A DNA stretch of 64,000 nt from Trichosphaerium sp. ATCC 40318 (lineage: Eukaryota; Protista; Tubulinea): assembly GCA_038496445.1 (NCBI GenBank), contig JALMLS010000593.1, positions 277,915 to 341,914 on the forward strand, written 5' to 3'. The position numbers were made by a program, and so were the translations under genes. The number at the start of each line of letters is the position of its first letter. The stretch's first letter is position 1. The notes under the pieces were generated by a model. It ran no database searches. It saw nothing but the letters and a program-made list of their open reading frames with translations, and was not told the DNA's origin. Of the stretch, positions 1-12,077 are shown one piece after another.

Positions 1-772
1 TCCGATACATTTATCTTTTTTACGGGTTTTTCAGCCAACAAAACTTTTTTCTGACGCTCGGTTTAGAGAAGATAAAGGCGCCTACGCTATGTGGTGGCTT
101 TGGATGGTTTCACAATAAAGTTAGCCTTGAACCACCTTACGTTCCGGAGACTCCAAGTGCACAGTGGTACAACTGGGATGTGGTAAAAGAAATAAAACGA
201 TCAATGAAGGATGATGATGCAATTACAGGTAAAAAAAAGCTCTCACGAGGTGGTTTACACTAAATTTCAACAAATTCTGATTTTCGGGTGTAATGGCAAA
301 AAAAAAAAAACCACAAAACTTTCGCATAAAACTAACTTTAGTGAATAGTGTTGTTAACTGGCAGACCAAAAAATTTTGATAAGCGAATACGCAGTATTTT
401 GGATGCACAGGAACTGTATTTTGATCAATATATACTTAAGGATACTCGAGGTTGCACGCACTCTTTTAAAGAAGGTGCTGTATCTCGTCTATTGGAAGCT
501 TATACATCAAAGGTATGTAATGCAGTACATATTAATTGTTTAAAGCCGGTTCCTTATGTATTTAGCATGTTCAAATGTGGGATGACCGCGAATCGCACTG
601 TAAAGCGTTTGACACCTATTTAAAAGAACATAATTCAATTGTATCCCATAGAGTTCATCACATCACAGATGGTTGCGATCAGTTGCCAGTTAACCTAGAG
701 ACAGATATCGTTCATTATTTGGCGCGATGCGTTGACAGGGAGCATTTAATCGAACCTGCACTTCAAATTTAA
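1..772 (+). CDS. HAD-superfamily protein of the Swiss-Army-Knife RNA-repair type (HAD_SAK_1-like), 5'-partial, spliced
   Basis: Spliced reading gives GFGWFH..LEPPYVP..WYNWDVV..DDDAITVLLTGR..F..RI..IL....L.FD...LK.....FK and MWDDRESHCKAF. This matches the TVLLTGR and (Y/W)EDRxxH motifs of this HAD family. Introns at about 229-347 and 513-564. Confidence 0.65.
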
Positions 773-1072
773 AGCACAACAACAATTTTAGCTCATAAGC
801 ACCACTTGTACTGTATATAACCTTGTAACAAACAACCTTATTCCAATGTAAATTTTAATCTGGAAACGATCAGTTGAACCTCCGTGATAGATTTATTACT
901 CTGTACCATACAACGCTGTATGCTGGCTTACGTATACTGGTTTGTTAACAAACACAATACTCAATGTTGACTTTTAAAGCGCTAATTTTTTAGTCATCAG
1001 CGAATTGTTTTGTACATTTTTGTTGTTGGCTGTGATCTACTCCCATACGTTACCACTTACACGGCAACAAAA

Positions 1073-4000
1073 ATGGATAAGGTTGGGGATAAAGCAGACG
1101 TCAAATTCAAAACTGAAGCAAAAACGCCCGCTGAGCTTGAAAAAATACGGCGTGAATACGAAGAGCAAAGGCAACGTCTAAAGCGGGAGCAAGAAATTCA
1201 TAGGGCCCAACAAATACGTGCTCTCAATCAACAACGCGTATGTAGTGCTAAACTATTATTTTTAACCGCCAATAGGAAGAAAATGAGAGAAAGCGAAGGG
1301 AGGCTGTAAGAAAGGCTCAAGAGAAGCTCAAGGAACGCCAAGAATCTGCCAGGCGAAAATCTGTGTCTGTAACTGAGTGTCAACCGGCACCACACGTTCG
1401 TTCAAAAATTACACCTTATCAGGTCGCTGAAAGCGCAGGCGAGTCCAAACCTATTGAAGAAGACCAAAAAAGCGACGAAATTGGAATTGAGGATTCTTTC
1501 GATGAAGACGAAGGCATCTACTTCTCTGGAGAGGATGAGAAGGAAAACTTTAACGCACAAGATTTTATAGCTGTGAAAGAAGAACCAAAGCAGTACGATG
1601 CTTGTTCTGAAGGTTCAGAGATCATTGACGTGAGCGACGACGAGGTTGACAACGAAATGAATGATGGTAATGCTTCTGATATGACTGATATTATTGAAGC
1701 TTCTGATGATGATATGGACCTTGACGCTTCTCAACCTCTTTTCCCTGATGATATACCTCTTGAGGACGCTGCACAACCCTTGTTCAATAGCAAGGATGAT
1801 ATCACGTGTGGGAGTCAGGACACTCTTACAGAGTTACCTTCTGGGCGCAGAAAAAGAAAGTTTGAAGGCGATAATACACCAGATGGAACTCCTTGCAAAA
1901 AGATAAAGTACAGTACCTTTACATTGAAACTCTGAATTAACTCACGTATAGGACCGAATCAAAGGAATCTCTGAAAGCATCTATGTCATTTGATATGGGC
2001 GCTTCTCTACAGGCGTACCAGGAACGGGAAGAGCAGGAGCAGGCTACTCAACATCTACCTGACTGTGTTACACCTGAAATAGCACCTCCAGAAACAGTTG
2101 ATGAAGTAAAGCAACGTGTTGATGATTTAGAAGATGAACTTGTTGATATTGCTTCTCATCTAGCGAAAGTCAGGCGAGAGTTAAAGAAGTTTTTTAGAGA
2201 GTTAAAAGGAGGTCTTGGTATTCGTAAGTGCTGGAACGAGACATGGTACGTTTGAAGTGTATTCACTTATTAAACACTTACACTAACTCTATGTACAGGC
2301 GTAAGGATCTTTGTAGTATTGTAGATATGGTAAGATTTCTGATTTCTTTGTTTTTTTGATTTTTTTTCCTTCCGGCTGTTTTAATTAAATCTAGACCACC
2401 ATGGCTTGTAAAGAGAGTATAATTGCTGTGGTTGGTGATACAGGATCTGGTAAATCAATGTTGTTGAACGCAGTACTGAGTGATCGCGTTGTACCAACTC
2501 ATGGATGGAGTGCATGCACAGCTGGTGTCACAAAGGTAGATAAAATAACATCGATAAAAACTTTGTCTTGGACTGTTTATTTACTCTTTCCTAGGTGAAA
2601 TATTGTAGGGACGATGCATTTACAGTGACAGCAGAGTTTATTACACAGGCAGAGTGGAAAGCCCGTACGTGTAGCGTATTTTTTCTTCTTGGTTTTGGTT
2701 TTGACAAACTCTCTTAGATGTGGCTCTGTTACAAGCTGATAATGCCAATAAGGATACTAGCAACTATACGGAAGATATGTTCAAGGCTTTGTTTGGTACC
2801 AAAAAAAAATTAATTAGAAAACACGTGATTCTAATTCAAATATGTAGGTACAGATAAACCTGAGGATCCAACTCGCTTACCACCAAAATTCAGTAGAAAA
2901 TTGGGTACCAGTTTTTTGATATGTTTTTTGATTTAACGCTAATTGTCCGATTTATTAGGCGATGTTGACTCTCACAGATACCCTTGTCTCAACGAAAACA
3001 TGAGGAAGTTTATTACAATGTATATTGATTCTGCACCTGGGGATGGTGTTGATCAGTACTGGCCTCTCATTAAAGAACTAACAATAAGCGGACCTTTTGA
3101 CGTGTTAAAAGGAGGCATCACCCTTGTCGATTTACCTGGAGGTGCGTAACACCGCTACTAATGACACTTTCTAATAAGGTGGTTTTTTATAGTGAATGAC
3201 TCTAATAGGGCTCGTGAGAGCGTTGCTAATCGATATATTGAACAAGCGGATTACTTGTGGATCGTTAACTCTATAAAGCGTATAGCAGATAGTAAGACTG
3301 TTAATATTATGGTCAACAAATCCTTGTCGAAGCATTTCAGACAGCAGTTGGTAATGAACGGTCTAACGGACTCTATGACGCTCATAGCAACACATGCTGA
3401 TGAGTTAAACATTGGAGAAGCTAAAAGACTCCTAAACATACCTGCAAACGAACGTATATCGCAAGCTAAAGTTGCTTCACTCAGAAATCGAGCTTGTAAG
3501 AAAAATATTACTAAAATGCTACAAAACGACTTCACCCAAGTATGGAATGATGAAAAGGGTAACAGAACAGTATCTGAAGAAGAATCGAAAAATAGAGAAG
3601 CCCTAATCGTTAAAAACGCTGCAAAGACACCAATTTTTACAGTTGGTTCAGTGAACTACTTGCAGTTAGTTGGTAGAGAAGAGGCATCCGAGAGTCAGGT
3701 TTTTAATACAATGTCTGATATTGAGGCAACTGAGATACCAGCGCTTCAAAGAGAGTTATTGAAAATGGCTATAAAGGTCAAGGAACAGCAGAAAAAAACG
3801 ATATCTAGTCGATACAAGGTGAGTTTTTTTTTATACCTTCTTCCTTACTTTTTAATGTTGTTAAAAATTTTAGACTTGGCAGGACACTATTGTATCTTCT
3901 TGTAATCCTGATGTCATAGAAAAATCACTTAGAGACGAGTTGATGTCTTACTTTGAAGACTGTAATTTTTTACAAAATGGCCCAGCAAGTTCAGTACGTC

Positions 4001-5407
4001 ACGTCATTACGTCGTTGGCTGTCATTGAAAAAAGAGAAAATTAAGAATGTATTTTATCAGAAACTGATTGATTGTTTTAGATCATTAAGGAGTTCCTAGA
4101 CAAAACGGTAGGTGAAGATTGTGTAGACCTTTCTTTGACAAGTTAGGTTATTCCTAATCGAAAGAGAGCAATTGATGATAAACTAAAAGCTGGGCGAGAA
4201 ACAACAGAAGAAGCACTTGAGGAGGTAAAACAAGCATGGAATAAGATACATTGGAATAGTTTCAAGTCCGCAGTGCGTAAAGGAGGACATCATGTCATTC
4301 AAAAGACGAAAACGCCTATCAATTTATCAATGGATCTATCTTACCATATGATGTCCCCTATTACAACTAGTTGGTCACAGTTCTGGACCAAGGACTTACA
4401 GGTAAAATTAGTTAAAAAAAAACAAAAAAAATGCTTTATTCTGAGACTCACATAACATGTTACTTCATTTTTTTCACTCGAACTTGGTGTTCATTGTATA
4501 AGAGATTTATTAATATGTATTTTTTAGATTTATTTGCATGAGTTTGCTGAGCAGCTTGTGAAGAATATTGATGTTAATATTCATCAAAAAATGAACGAGA
4601 AATTAAAGAGAGATATTGATTATACAATTTCTTTTGCTACTTTCAATACTAGCTTACTTCATCATTGTAAAGAAAGAGTAGTGGACACATTGGATAGAAT
4701 AAAAAACAAATATAGAAAAGTACGTTATAATAATGGCTCAAGGACTTCACGTGCAATTTTTTTGTTTTTTAGAATCTATAGGACCTATCACTCTTCTTCT
4801 TCTCTTATTTCGTGAACCTACCTTTATTATTACTAGAATAAAGTGTAAGGTAGGTTCTTAGAGTGAGGGAAAGGAAAAGAGATGGGTTGAATGGACCAAA
4901 TGATTTTCCGCTTTTTTTCTTGTTGATATTTATATTTTTGTTTTAGATTAATTTTATCATTCCTACTTTCATATCTGAGCAATTAGCTCAAGCATTTAAA
5001 GAAGCTGCCAAGATGAAAGGGAAAGGTTTATTAAAGAGAATGGTAGAATACTTGATAACTTATTGTAAAGAGCATCCAGAAATCTTTAGAAATGCGAATC
5101 AGACCTTAATAGAGTACGTCTTATTTTGTCTCACTTAAAGTCTTTATTCCCAAATACTAATCGTTTTTCAACAATAGTGAAATGGATAGCGTATTTCAAT
5201 TACTTGGGGTGGAGCTAGAGGCGTTATGGTTAAGATTACTAAAGTAATTATTGTTTGGTTTTTTTTTTCATCAGTGACATTGTTACCGTATTTAATGATT
5301 CTAGGCTTGTTAAAGAACGATATCAAAGTATTTGGACGATAGATGAGACCATGGAAACAGCAAATAAAGAGAAATTACTTGGCATTATTGAAAAATATGA
5401 CGTGTAG
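1073..5407 (+). CDS. NUGGC: Nuclear GTPase SLIP-GC/NUGGC-like dynamin-superfamily GTPase (multi-exon)
   Basis: P-loop VVGDTGSGKSMLLNAVL, G2 region SACTAGVT, YWPLIKELTISGPFDVLKGGITLVDLPG, DSNRARE, WIVNSIKRIAD and TEIPALQ are all typical of SLIP-GC. The N-terminus is acidic with basic clusters (RRKRK...KKIK). Confidence 0.75.
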
Positions 5408-5919
5408 ATCAGTTTGAAAACCCTTGTATTTTTAATAAATCACGTACACTACTATGCATTGCTACGTGTTAATTAGCCTACGCGCGTAGCATACTATTAC
5501 GCGTTGCAAATACAAAACGGCGCAACCGAGAGAAACGCTCGCATTTCTCATAGCTTATTTCTTTGTAGATTGTTATCGGCAATTTTTGCTCCAACAGCAG
5601 GATGGTTAAGCCGCTATTGTTGCCTTCTCGCAAGTTTCACAGCCGAGATCCAAAGCTTGCAAGACGAGTTGTGGTAACGTTTCTATGCGTGCTGTGCCCT
5701 TTATACGTTGGCGCGATAAAAAAACAGGAAAATACTGGCTTTGCCTGTCTAAGAGAATAACGGCTATGTTTATGACAAAAATACACTTCAACACACGATA
5801 TGCAACACAAGAAGGTTCTCAAAAGCACTTTGCCGGTTATGCAACCGGTACGACCGCCAACACCATTCATAGGTTACATCTAACGTCAGTAGAGCTTTAT
5901 CAAACACATACTGGTTAAA

Positions 5920-6477
5920 ATGAGTAAAACCAAAATGGTCAGTCCGAAAACAGCGGCAGCTATTGCGTGCACGAACAAGAGTCTATCAACGAGCTTACGT
6001 CGTCCTAAACCGAAACAATTATCAACGACAGAGGATGGTATTCTATATACTTGTGAGTATGTTTCTGGCGTGAGGAATGGTAAGAGCGTAGCATCTAAAG
6101 ATGGCACTACATTATATATCTGCAACTACCTCAACGACATGCTACATGGTAAGAAAGTGTGGTACTATGGTTCCTGTACGATTGTAGAGTACTACATGAG
6201 AGGTCTTTTACATGGACCAAGGATAGTCTTAAAAGGCAAAACAGTACTAGAATCTAGCTCGTATGTGAAGGGATTCAAGCACGGACCAAGAACTTTGTTT
6301 TCTACTAGAGGTTGTAGAGTAAAGGATGAAAATTGGAGAATAGGCCAACGTAGTGGTGAATGGATAGACTACCATAGTACTGGGCGAAGGAGCTGTACAA
6401 AACTGTTTGAGGGTAACAAGCTACTAAGTCAGAAAAAACACGACAAATATGCCTATGTTCGCTCCTACTCTCCTTAG
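5920..6477 (+). CDS. MORN-variant (YwqK-like) repeat protein, intronless
   Basis: Repeats with about 22-24 aa period: YVSGVRNGK, YLNDMLHGK, YMRGLLHGP, YVKGFKHGP, WRIGQRSGEWIDYHSTG. Confidence 0.7.
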   Translation: MSKTKMVSPKTAAAIACTNKSLSTSLRRPKPKQLSTTEDGILYTCEYVSGVRNGKSVASKDGTTLYICNYLNDMLHGKKVWYYGSCTIVEYYMRGLLHGPRIVLKGKTVLESSSYVKGFKHGPRTLFSTRGCRVKDENWRIGQRSGEWIDYHSTGRRSCTKLFEGNKLLSQKKHDKYAYVRSYSP

Positions 6478-6633
6478 AAATTGTATGAAATAATAAAAAA
6501 CCACTTAACAACCAAACATGCCACACGTGTTTTTTCTTTAACAGAAAGTTAATCGTTTTTATTTTTTTGATTGATGATGAAGTGAGAAGCAAGAAAACTA
6601 AAAATATTTTAATGTGTTGATGTTCTGGTATCT

Positions 6634-7952
6634 TCACATAAGGATTTGTGTTAATAGTATTGTCATAAGTGATAACACAGGGATAGAAGTAACCAATCTA
6701 TAACCTGAAGATGGAGCAATGGTTGTAGTTGGAGGCGCAGTTGTCATTGGAGGCGCAGTTGTCATTGGAGGCGCGGTTGTCATCGGAGGTTCGGTTGTAG
6801 TTGGTGCTTGAGGTGCCATTGGTGCTTCAGGTGGCATTGGGGCTTCAGTTGTCATTGGTGGTATGGTTGTTGGAGGTTGAGGTGCAGGAAATGCTTTGAC
6901 GGTGAGTGCTGGATTATCAGCATTAGTTTTGTTAAAACAATCGTCGAATGTGTACCTTAGCAGTTTGTTAGAAATTATAAAAAAATTACCTTGTTGTTTA
7001 AATATGACGTACGTGTATCTTACTCTTTCATTTTCGCAAGTAGCCTCATCATAAAGTATCTCATCGACAGCATCTATTCCATTTTTTTCGAATCGTATAA
7101 AACCTGTACTGTAGCATGTATCGAACTGATACACAACTTCTCCTGTAAATGCGTCTGTCGCACAACCATCAGCGCCATAAGCTATAATGAAGGGTTAACT
7201 TATGTTAATCTTTGCGTGTTATCACGTGATAGAAAACGTGGAAGCGATAAAAATACAAAACAATCTAAATACATAACGTACAAGTTACAACAGGTGCGCC
7301 ATCCCAATTGGCTAAGCCATCGTATCCATACCAAGCTCTTAGAGGGATAACACTACTATCACATTCACCGCTTGTAGCTGTTAAAGAAATATTAGTTGGT
7401 CGACTAGGTTTATGTTGTTATTCTACCCCCCCCTGAGGGGAGGGAGAGAGGCAGTAGTATATTGACAAATAGACCGGTGAGTGGCTTGATGTAATCAAGG
7501 TCAGCACTTTTTAAGTTTTGCGTGGTTGGCAATTTGACAAAAAACCAAAAGGTCACAAAAATTTGGCTGTCACGCACGATTTATTACTGCCCCTTGTCCA
7601 GCACAATTATCAGTTTGGAATAACAGCATGGTCATGGCTGTAGGAGCAGTGAAAGAAGTAATATTTGTGCTTAAAGTTGTCAGGATACTGCTCTCACAAG
7701 TCTGTAAGCGATACGTACAAAATTGACACTGTTGTCGTCTGAAAAGTAAGAGGTATGCATTTTAGGTTTGTCAAAGGTATAGCAACAGCGTTTCCTGAGC
7801 AGGCCACGTTAGTAACTAGGAAAAATAAATTAGCCATTCCGTTTTAAATCATTTTATGTTTTACGTGTAAACACTTCCAGAAAAATAAGATCCTGTGCCA
7901 CTGAGACGATGATAAAGGTACATAGTACCACTAAGAGCGCTTGTGCTTTCAT
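6634..7952 (-). CDS. Secreted, probably GPI-anchored mucin-like surface protein (multi-exon)
   Basis: Signal peptide MKAQALLVVLCTFIIVSVAQ at 7952, Cys-containing ectodomain, P/T-rich stalk (TTAPPM repeats) and a hydrophobic C-terminus after SSG. Confidence 0.7.
6725..6875 (-). repeat. Coding 18-bp tandem repeat (TTAPPM/TTEPPM units)
   Basis: Three near-identical ggaggcgcagttgtcatt units plus degenerate copies. Confidence 0.85.
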
Positions 7953-8462
7953 TTTGTTGTGCTTTAACAATAAAAAACCGGAAATTCTGGCACAACTTAA
8001 ATGTCAAAAAGCTAAAAACCACGTGACGCAAGTTACATGATCGAACATGTAGTTTCTATGGAAAGGGAAAGGTTTGGTAACCGGCAAAATTGGAGAAACT
8101 GGGAATGATACGGAGGCACGTTTTAGAAAAATGAAATAACACGTGCGCTAAGTTTTCGCTTGTTTTCGGCCGAAAAAATGCAAGAAAATTGCGAACTGTT
8201 AGGTGTAGGACGGAAACTCTTTGTTTTGTAGTTCACGTGTTGTGATACGCCAAAGAGAGTTGTAACGAATGTTTTCATTCGACTCCTGAAAAGCTCACTC
8301 AAATATTTTGTCTGAGTGCCAAAATAAACAAGCAACCATCTGCTACTACAGCTCAGACTTTCATTCCCCCAAAAACAACGAAACTAACTCATTAAAAAAA
8401 TGACAAACTTTTTTTTTGCTCTTTCACATTTTTTATTTTTTTCTTTTTTTTCTTCACAATAA

Positions 8463-11400
8463 TTATTTTACTTTATCTTTCTTGTTACGTTTTGGTTCAT
8501 CTGCAGGAGGAGGATCATTATAAATACTAGTATAATACTGTCTAATTTCATCCGTAGTAAAAGTTTCAACAACTGGTCTTCCTTTGAGTGTAGTTTTGTT
8601 ACCCTTGCCGTCTAGCTTCTTATAAGCCTTAATCTCGCTACCGAGAACCAAAGGCATAGCCATATAAGAGTCAGTCTTTGATACAGAGTCATAGAACTTT
8701 GAAATAAAGTCAAGACAAAGATACTTCAAAATCTTCCTTCCTGTTGCATGTGCTGCGCGATAAATATCTGTTACATTGTTTGTTGCAATGTGACGATATA
8801 AAGAGAGCTCTGTTAGAGTCATAATATGAGAAATACCGTAATTTTCGGCGATTGCTGAAAGTGACACAATGTCTTCAAATGTCAGGTATTGCAGAATGTC
8901 ACCTACAGCTCCGCTGTAGAGATACCGTAGAATTGCCAAAAATACGTTGAGAGGCATGTCACTGAGTTCGAGTTCATCTATAGAATAACAAGAGGTCAGA
9001 AAAGAGCAAACAGAGAAACACAGAGCAAAAAAAAAGACGAACAAAATCAAAAATATTTAAGCATTTTCTACTCTCCTACTGTCACGTGAAAGAAAGGAAA
9101 AACCAGGCTGAATTATTTTACAAAAATAGAATAACCACTAAAAACCTACTGGGATACAAATAACAACGAAAAGAAACAAAGAGAGATAGATCCAAGACAA
9201 AAAGAAATCCAGGCTATAAAAAAAAGTACAAAAAAAAAGAAAACGTACCCTGATTTTTTGGCATCTTTGCTATTAGTCCTGCCAAGTATTTGCATCTAGA
9301 GCAGACAACTACTTTATGACCATAAACTCTTTTACCATCAATCAAAAACACGATATCATGAAAGGTAGCAAGATCAACAAACTGCTCAAGATGCATGCCA
9401 AGGTATGACAATCTCTTTCTTTCAGCCAATAAAGGCATCTTGCATGCACCAGATTTCAAAGTAACATCATCACCGTTGAAAAACTTCTTGCAAGAATTCT
9501 TTAACGTTGTGAAGCTATAACGCTTTGAAATAGCGTATAGGAACTTTAGAAGCTTAGGTGATAATTTCTCAACCTTTCCAGCATATACAAACTCAAGTAA
9601 TGCGTCAAAAGCTTCATGACCATAGTCCCAATTATCAACATAAACTTTTTCTTGCTCTTTACTAAATTTAAAAAATCAGCAAATCATGCGCCTATAATGG
9701 TATTTATTTCACGTACTTATCGTCCATGAGCTCTCTGAATATCTTATTCCTAAGGACAATACGTCAGAAATCTGAGAAAGGCACAGGTCATAATCCGAAA
9801 ATTTTCTGATTCGGCAAAAAAAAAAGTTTGTTCTTACCTAGAGCAGATTATCCGATGAGCTGATATTTTTTTCTTGTCTACTACGAATGTGATGTCTCCA
9901 TACTTTCTTTTACGGAACCAAACACCCAAATCTTGTTCAATAGGCGCTAGAACACCTAAAAAGCTACTGTAAGCACGAGAACAATTAATACCTAACAAGA
10001 AATGCGTACGAAGATAGTGGTTTGCTTTAAATTGTAATTGGGCACCAGCTTTTAATAAAATCTCTGTGCAATCAGGATGCCCTTCTAATAATGCCCAAGA
10101 TAATGGTTGTAAGCCAAGTTCATCACTCACATCCTGTACAAGATTAACAAGAAAAACCCAACAACAAAATAAAACTAAAATAGAATCTAACCTTAAATTG
10201 GATCAAGTGAATTATGCAGCTTTTGTATCCATTCATTGCAGCCAAATGAAGTGGTGTAAACCTAAGAGAAAGTTACAATACGACCAGTAAGTTCATTAAC
10301 CGTACCCAGCGGCATCACCGAGATTTTGGACAAGTAGACTGGAATGTTGTTTTAAAAAGTACTTTAGTATAATATCTCGCCCATGTTGCGCAGCAATATG
10401 TAAAATACCACGCTGAGTCTTTGTAACAACAGCAGGGTTTGCCTATTCCCAATATTAAAACTACATAGCAACACAAACAACAAAGAAATCTAACAAAAAA
10501 GCAAAAAAAAAATTGACAAGAATTAAGCGATGACTTACTTTGTGATTAAGTAATAGTTGAATTAAATAAGGGTGTCCGGATATTACAGCTAGATGAAGAG
10601 GTGTAACGTTGTCAATATCGACCATATTAGGATTAGCCTTATTCTTCAGTAATAGGTACGCAACATCCAAGTGCTGGTTTTGTGCTGCACGATGTAGTGG
10701 TGTGATCATGTTATTATCAAAAGCGTTAACATTAGCTTTTTTATCAACCAACATTTTAACTATATTTAGATGTCCCTATTTCCAAGTTAGGTTTGCAGAA
10801 ATCAAAAGCTTCATAAAAAACAGTACCTCTTGTGCAGCTAGATGTAATGGTCTCACGCCAAGGTTATTCTTTGTATTAGGGCTCGCTGCCCACCGTAACA
10901 ATGCGTCTGTAGACAGGGCGTTACCCTTTGCAGCCGCCAAGTGTAATGGAGAGTCTCCATTCTCAGAGTCTTTTACGTTTGGCTTTGCACCTGACTCCAA
11001 TAAAAATGTAACATTCTCTATATTATCCTTGGCTGCAGCGTAATGCAATGCAGTCATGCCATTTTTATCTTTTTTTAATAACGTCTTCTTTTGGCTTTTA
11101 TCTATACATTGTGCCAAAGAAGCCCTTTGAAAGACGTTTAGCGAATCAAAAAATCGAGAAGATAAAAATCCACAAAAAATAATATTATATTTCGCTTGTA
11201 CTGCATACCTTGTCCCTACAAGACTTGCGAAATGCATTGCTGAGAAGCCATCAGCATCAGTGACGTTTGCTCTGTCTTTCTTATCGACTTTAGAGATGAT
11301 ACTTTGGAATCCCTAATAATAATTAAGGAAAAACTGCACGGCACATTTTATAAGCGATGGAGATAATAATTACTTTTGTGAAATTCGTGTCAATACATAC

Positions 11401-11924
11401 GCCTAAGTCATCCAATATATATGTAAATACGTACACGGTGACCCTGGCGCGTTAATACGCGCACTAAAAGAGGGATTGACTCATCCCACATAATGTCATT
11501 GCCATTTTTCTGATCTTCGCCATCAATGTCGTCTGCGAATGCAGATTCCTCCTCCTCAGGTTTAACGTCCTATGTACATATTAGATAATACACGTTCAAG
11601 CACGCTACGGACTTTTAGTGACCTCGATCGCTTCATACTCTGTTTGCGAGCGTAACGCGAGCTCTTGAGGTCCGAGTGTGATTTAGAACGATTTACAACG
11701 CGGTGAAAAAACGTTCTTTTTTTTTTTTCAGGCGGTGGTATCTGCGTTGCAGGTATAAGCCCCGCTTCTTTTCTCCGCAACCCTGTAGGTCGCCCAGAGC
11801 CGTCTTCATTTTCGCTTGCGCTATCATCCCCGTCTGATGATTGCAACTTAGGTTCCTCTGCGCTGCCTCCTTTCTCTTCTGATTTGCTCGACTTGCTTTT
11901 TTTCCCTTTACCTCTCTCGGCCAT
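8463..11924 (-). CDS. Ankyrin-repeat plus tandem BTB/POZ domain protein (multi-exon)
   Basis: Ankyrin motifs GMTALHYAA, GDSPLHLAA, TPLHRAA and TPLHLAV. Two BTB starts: YGDITFVVDKKKISAHRII and FHDIVFLIDGKRVYGHKVVVCSRC. BACK-like helical end. Confidence 0.85.
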
Positions 11925-12077
11925 CACGTCTACAATAGCCTCAAAATGAGGGGTGTGTACACTATTATTAGTCTCGTTTACTAACTACTTCCGGTGGTTG
12001 CCAAGCGTTAAAAAAAGGCAAGTCAACTTTATTCGCGTACAGCTTGTTTACGAATTCTCAAATTGTACAGTCACGCA

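Noticed and set aside
5560-5918. F-box-like or upstream ORF extending the MORN gene
   Set aside because: No splice path gives an in-frame fusion, and the similarity (IQSLQDELW) is too weak.
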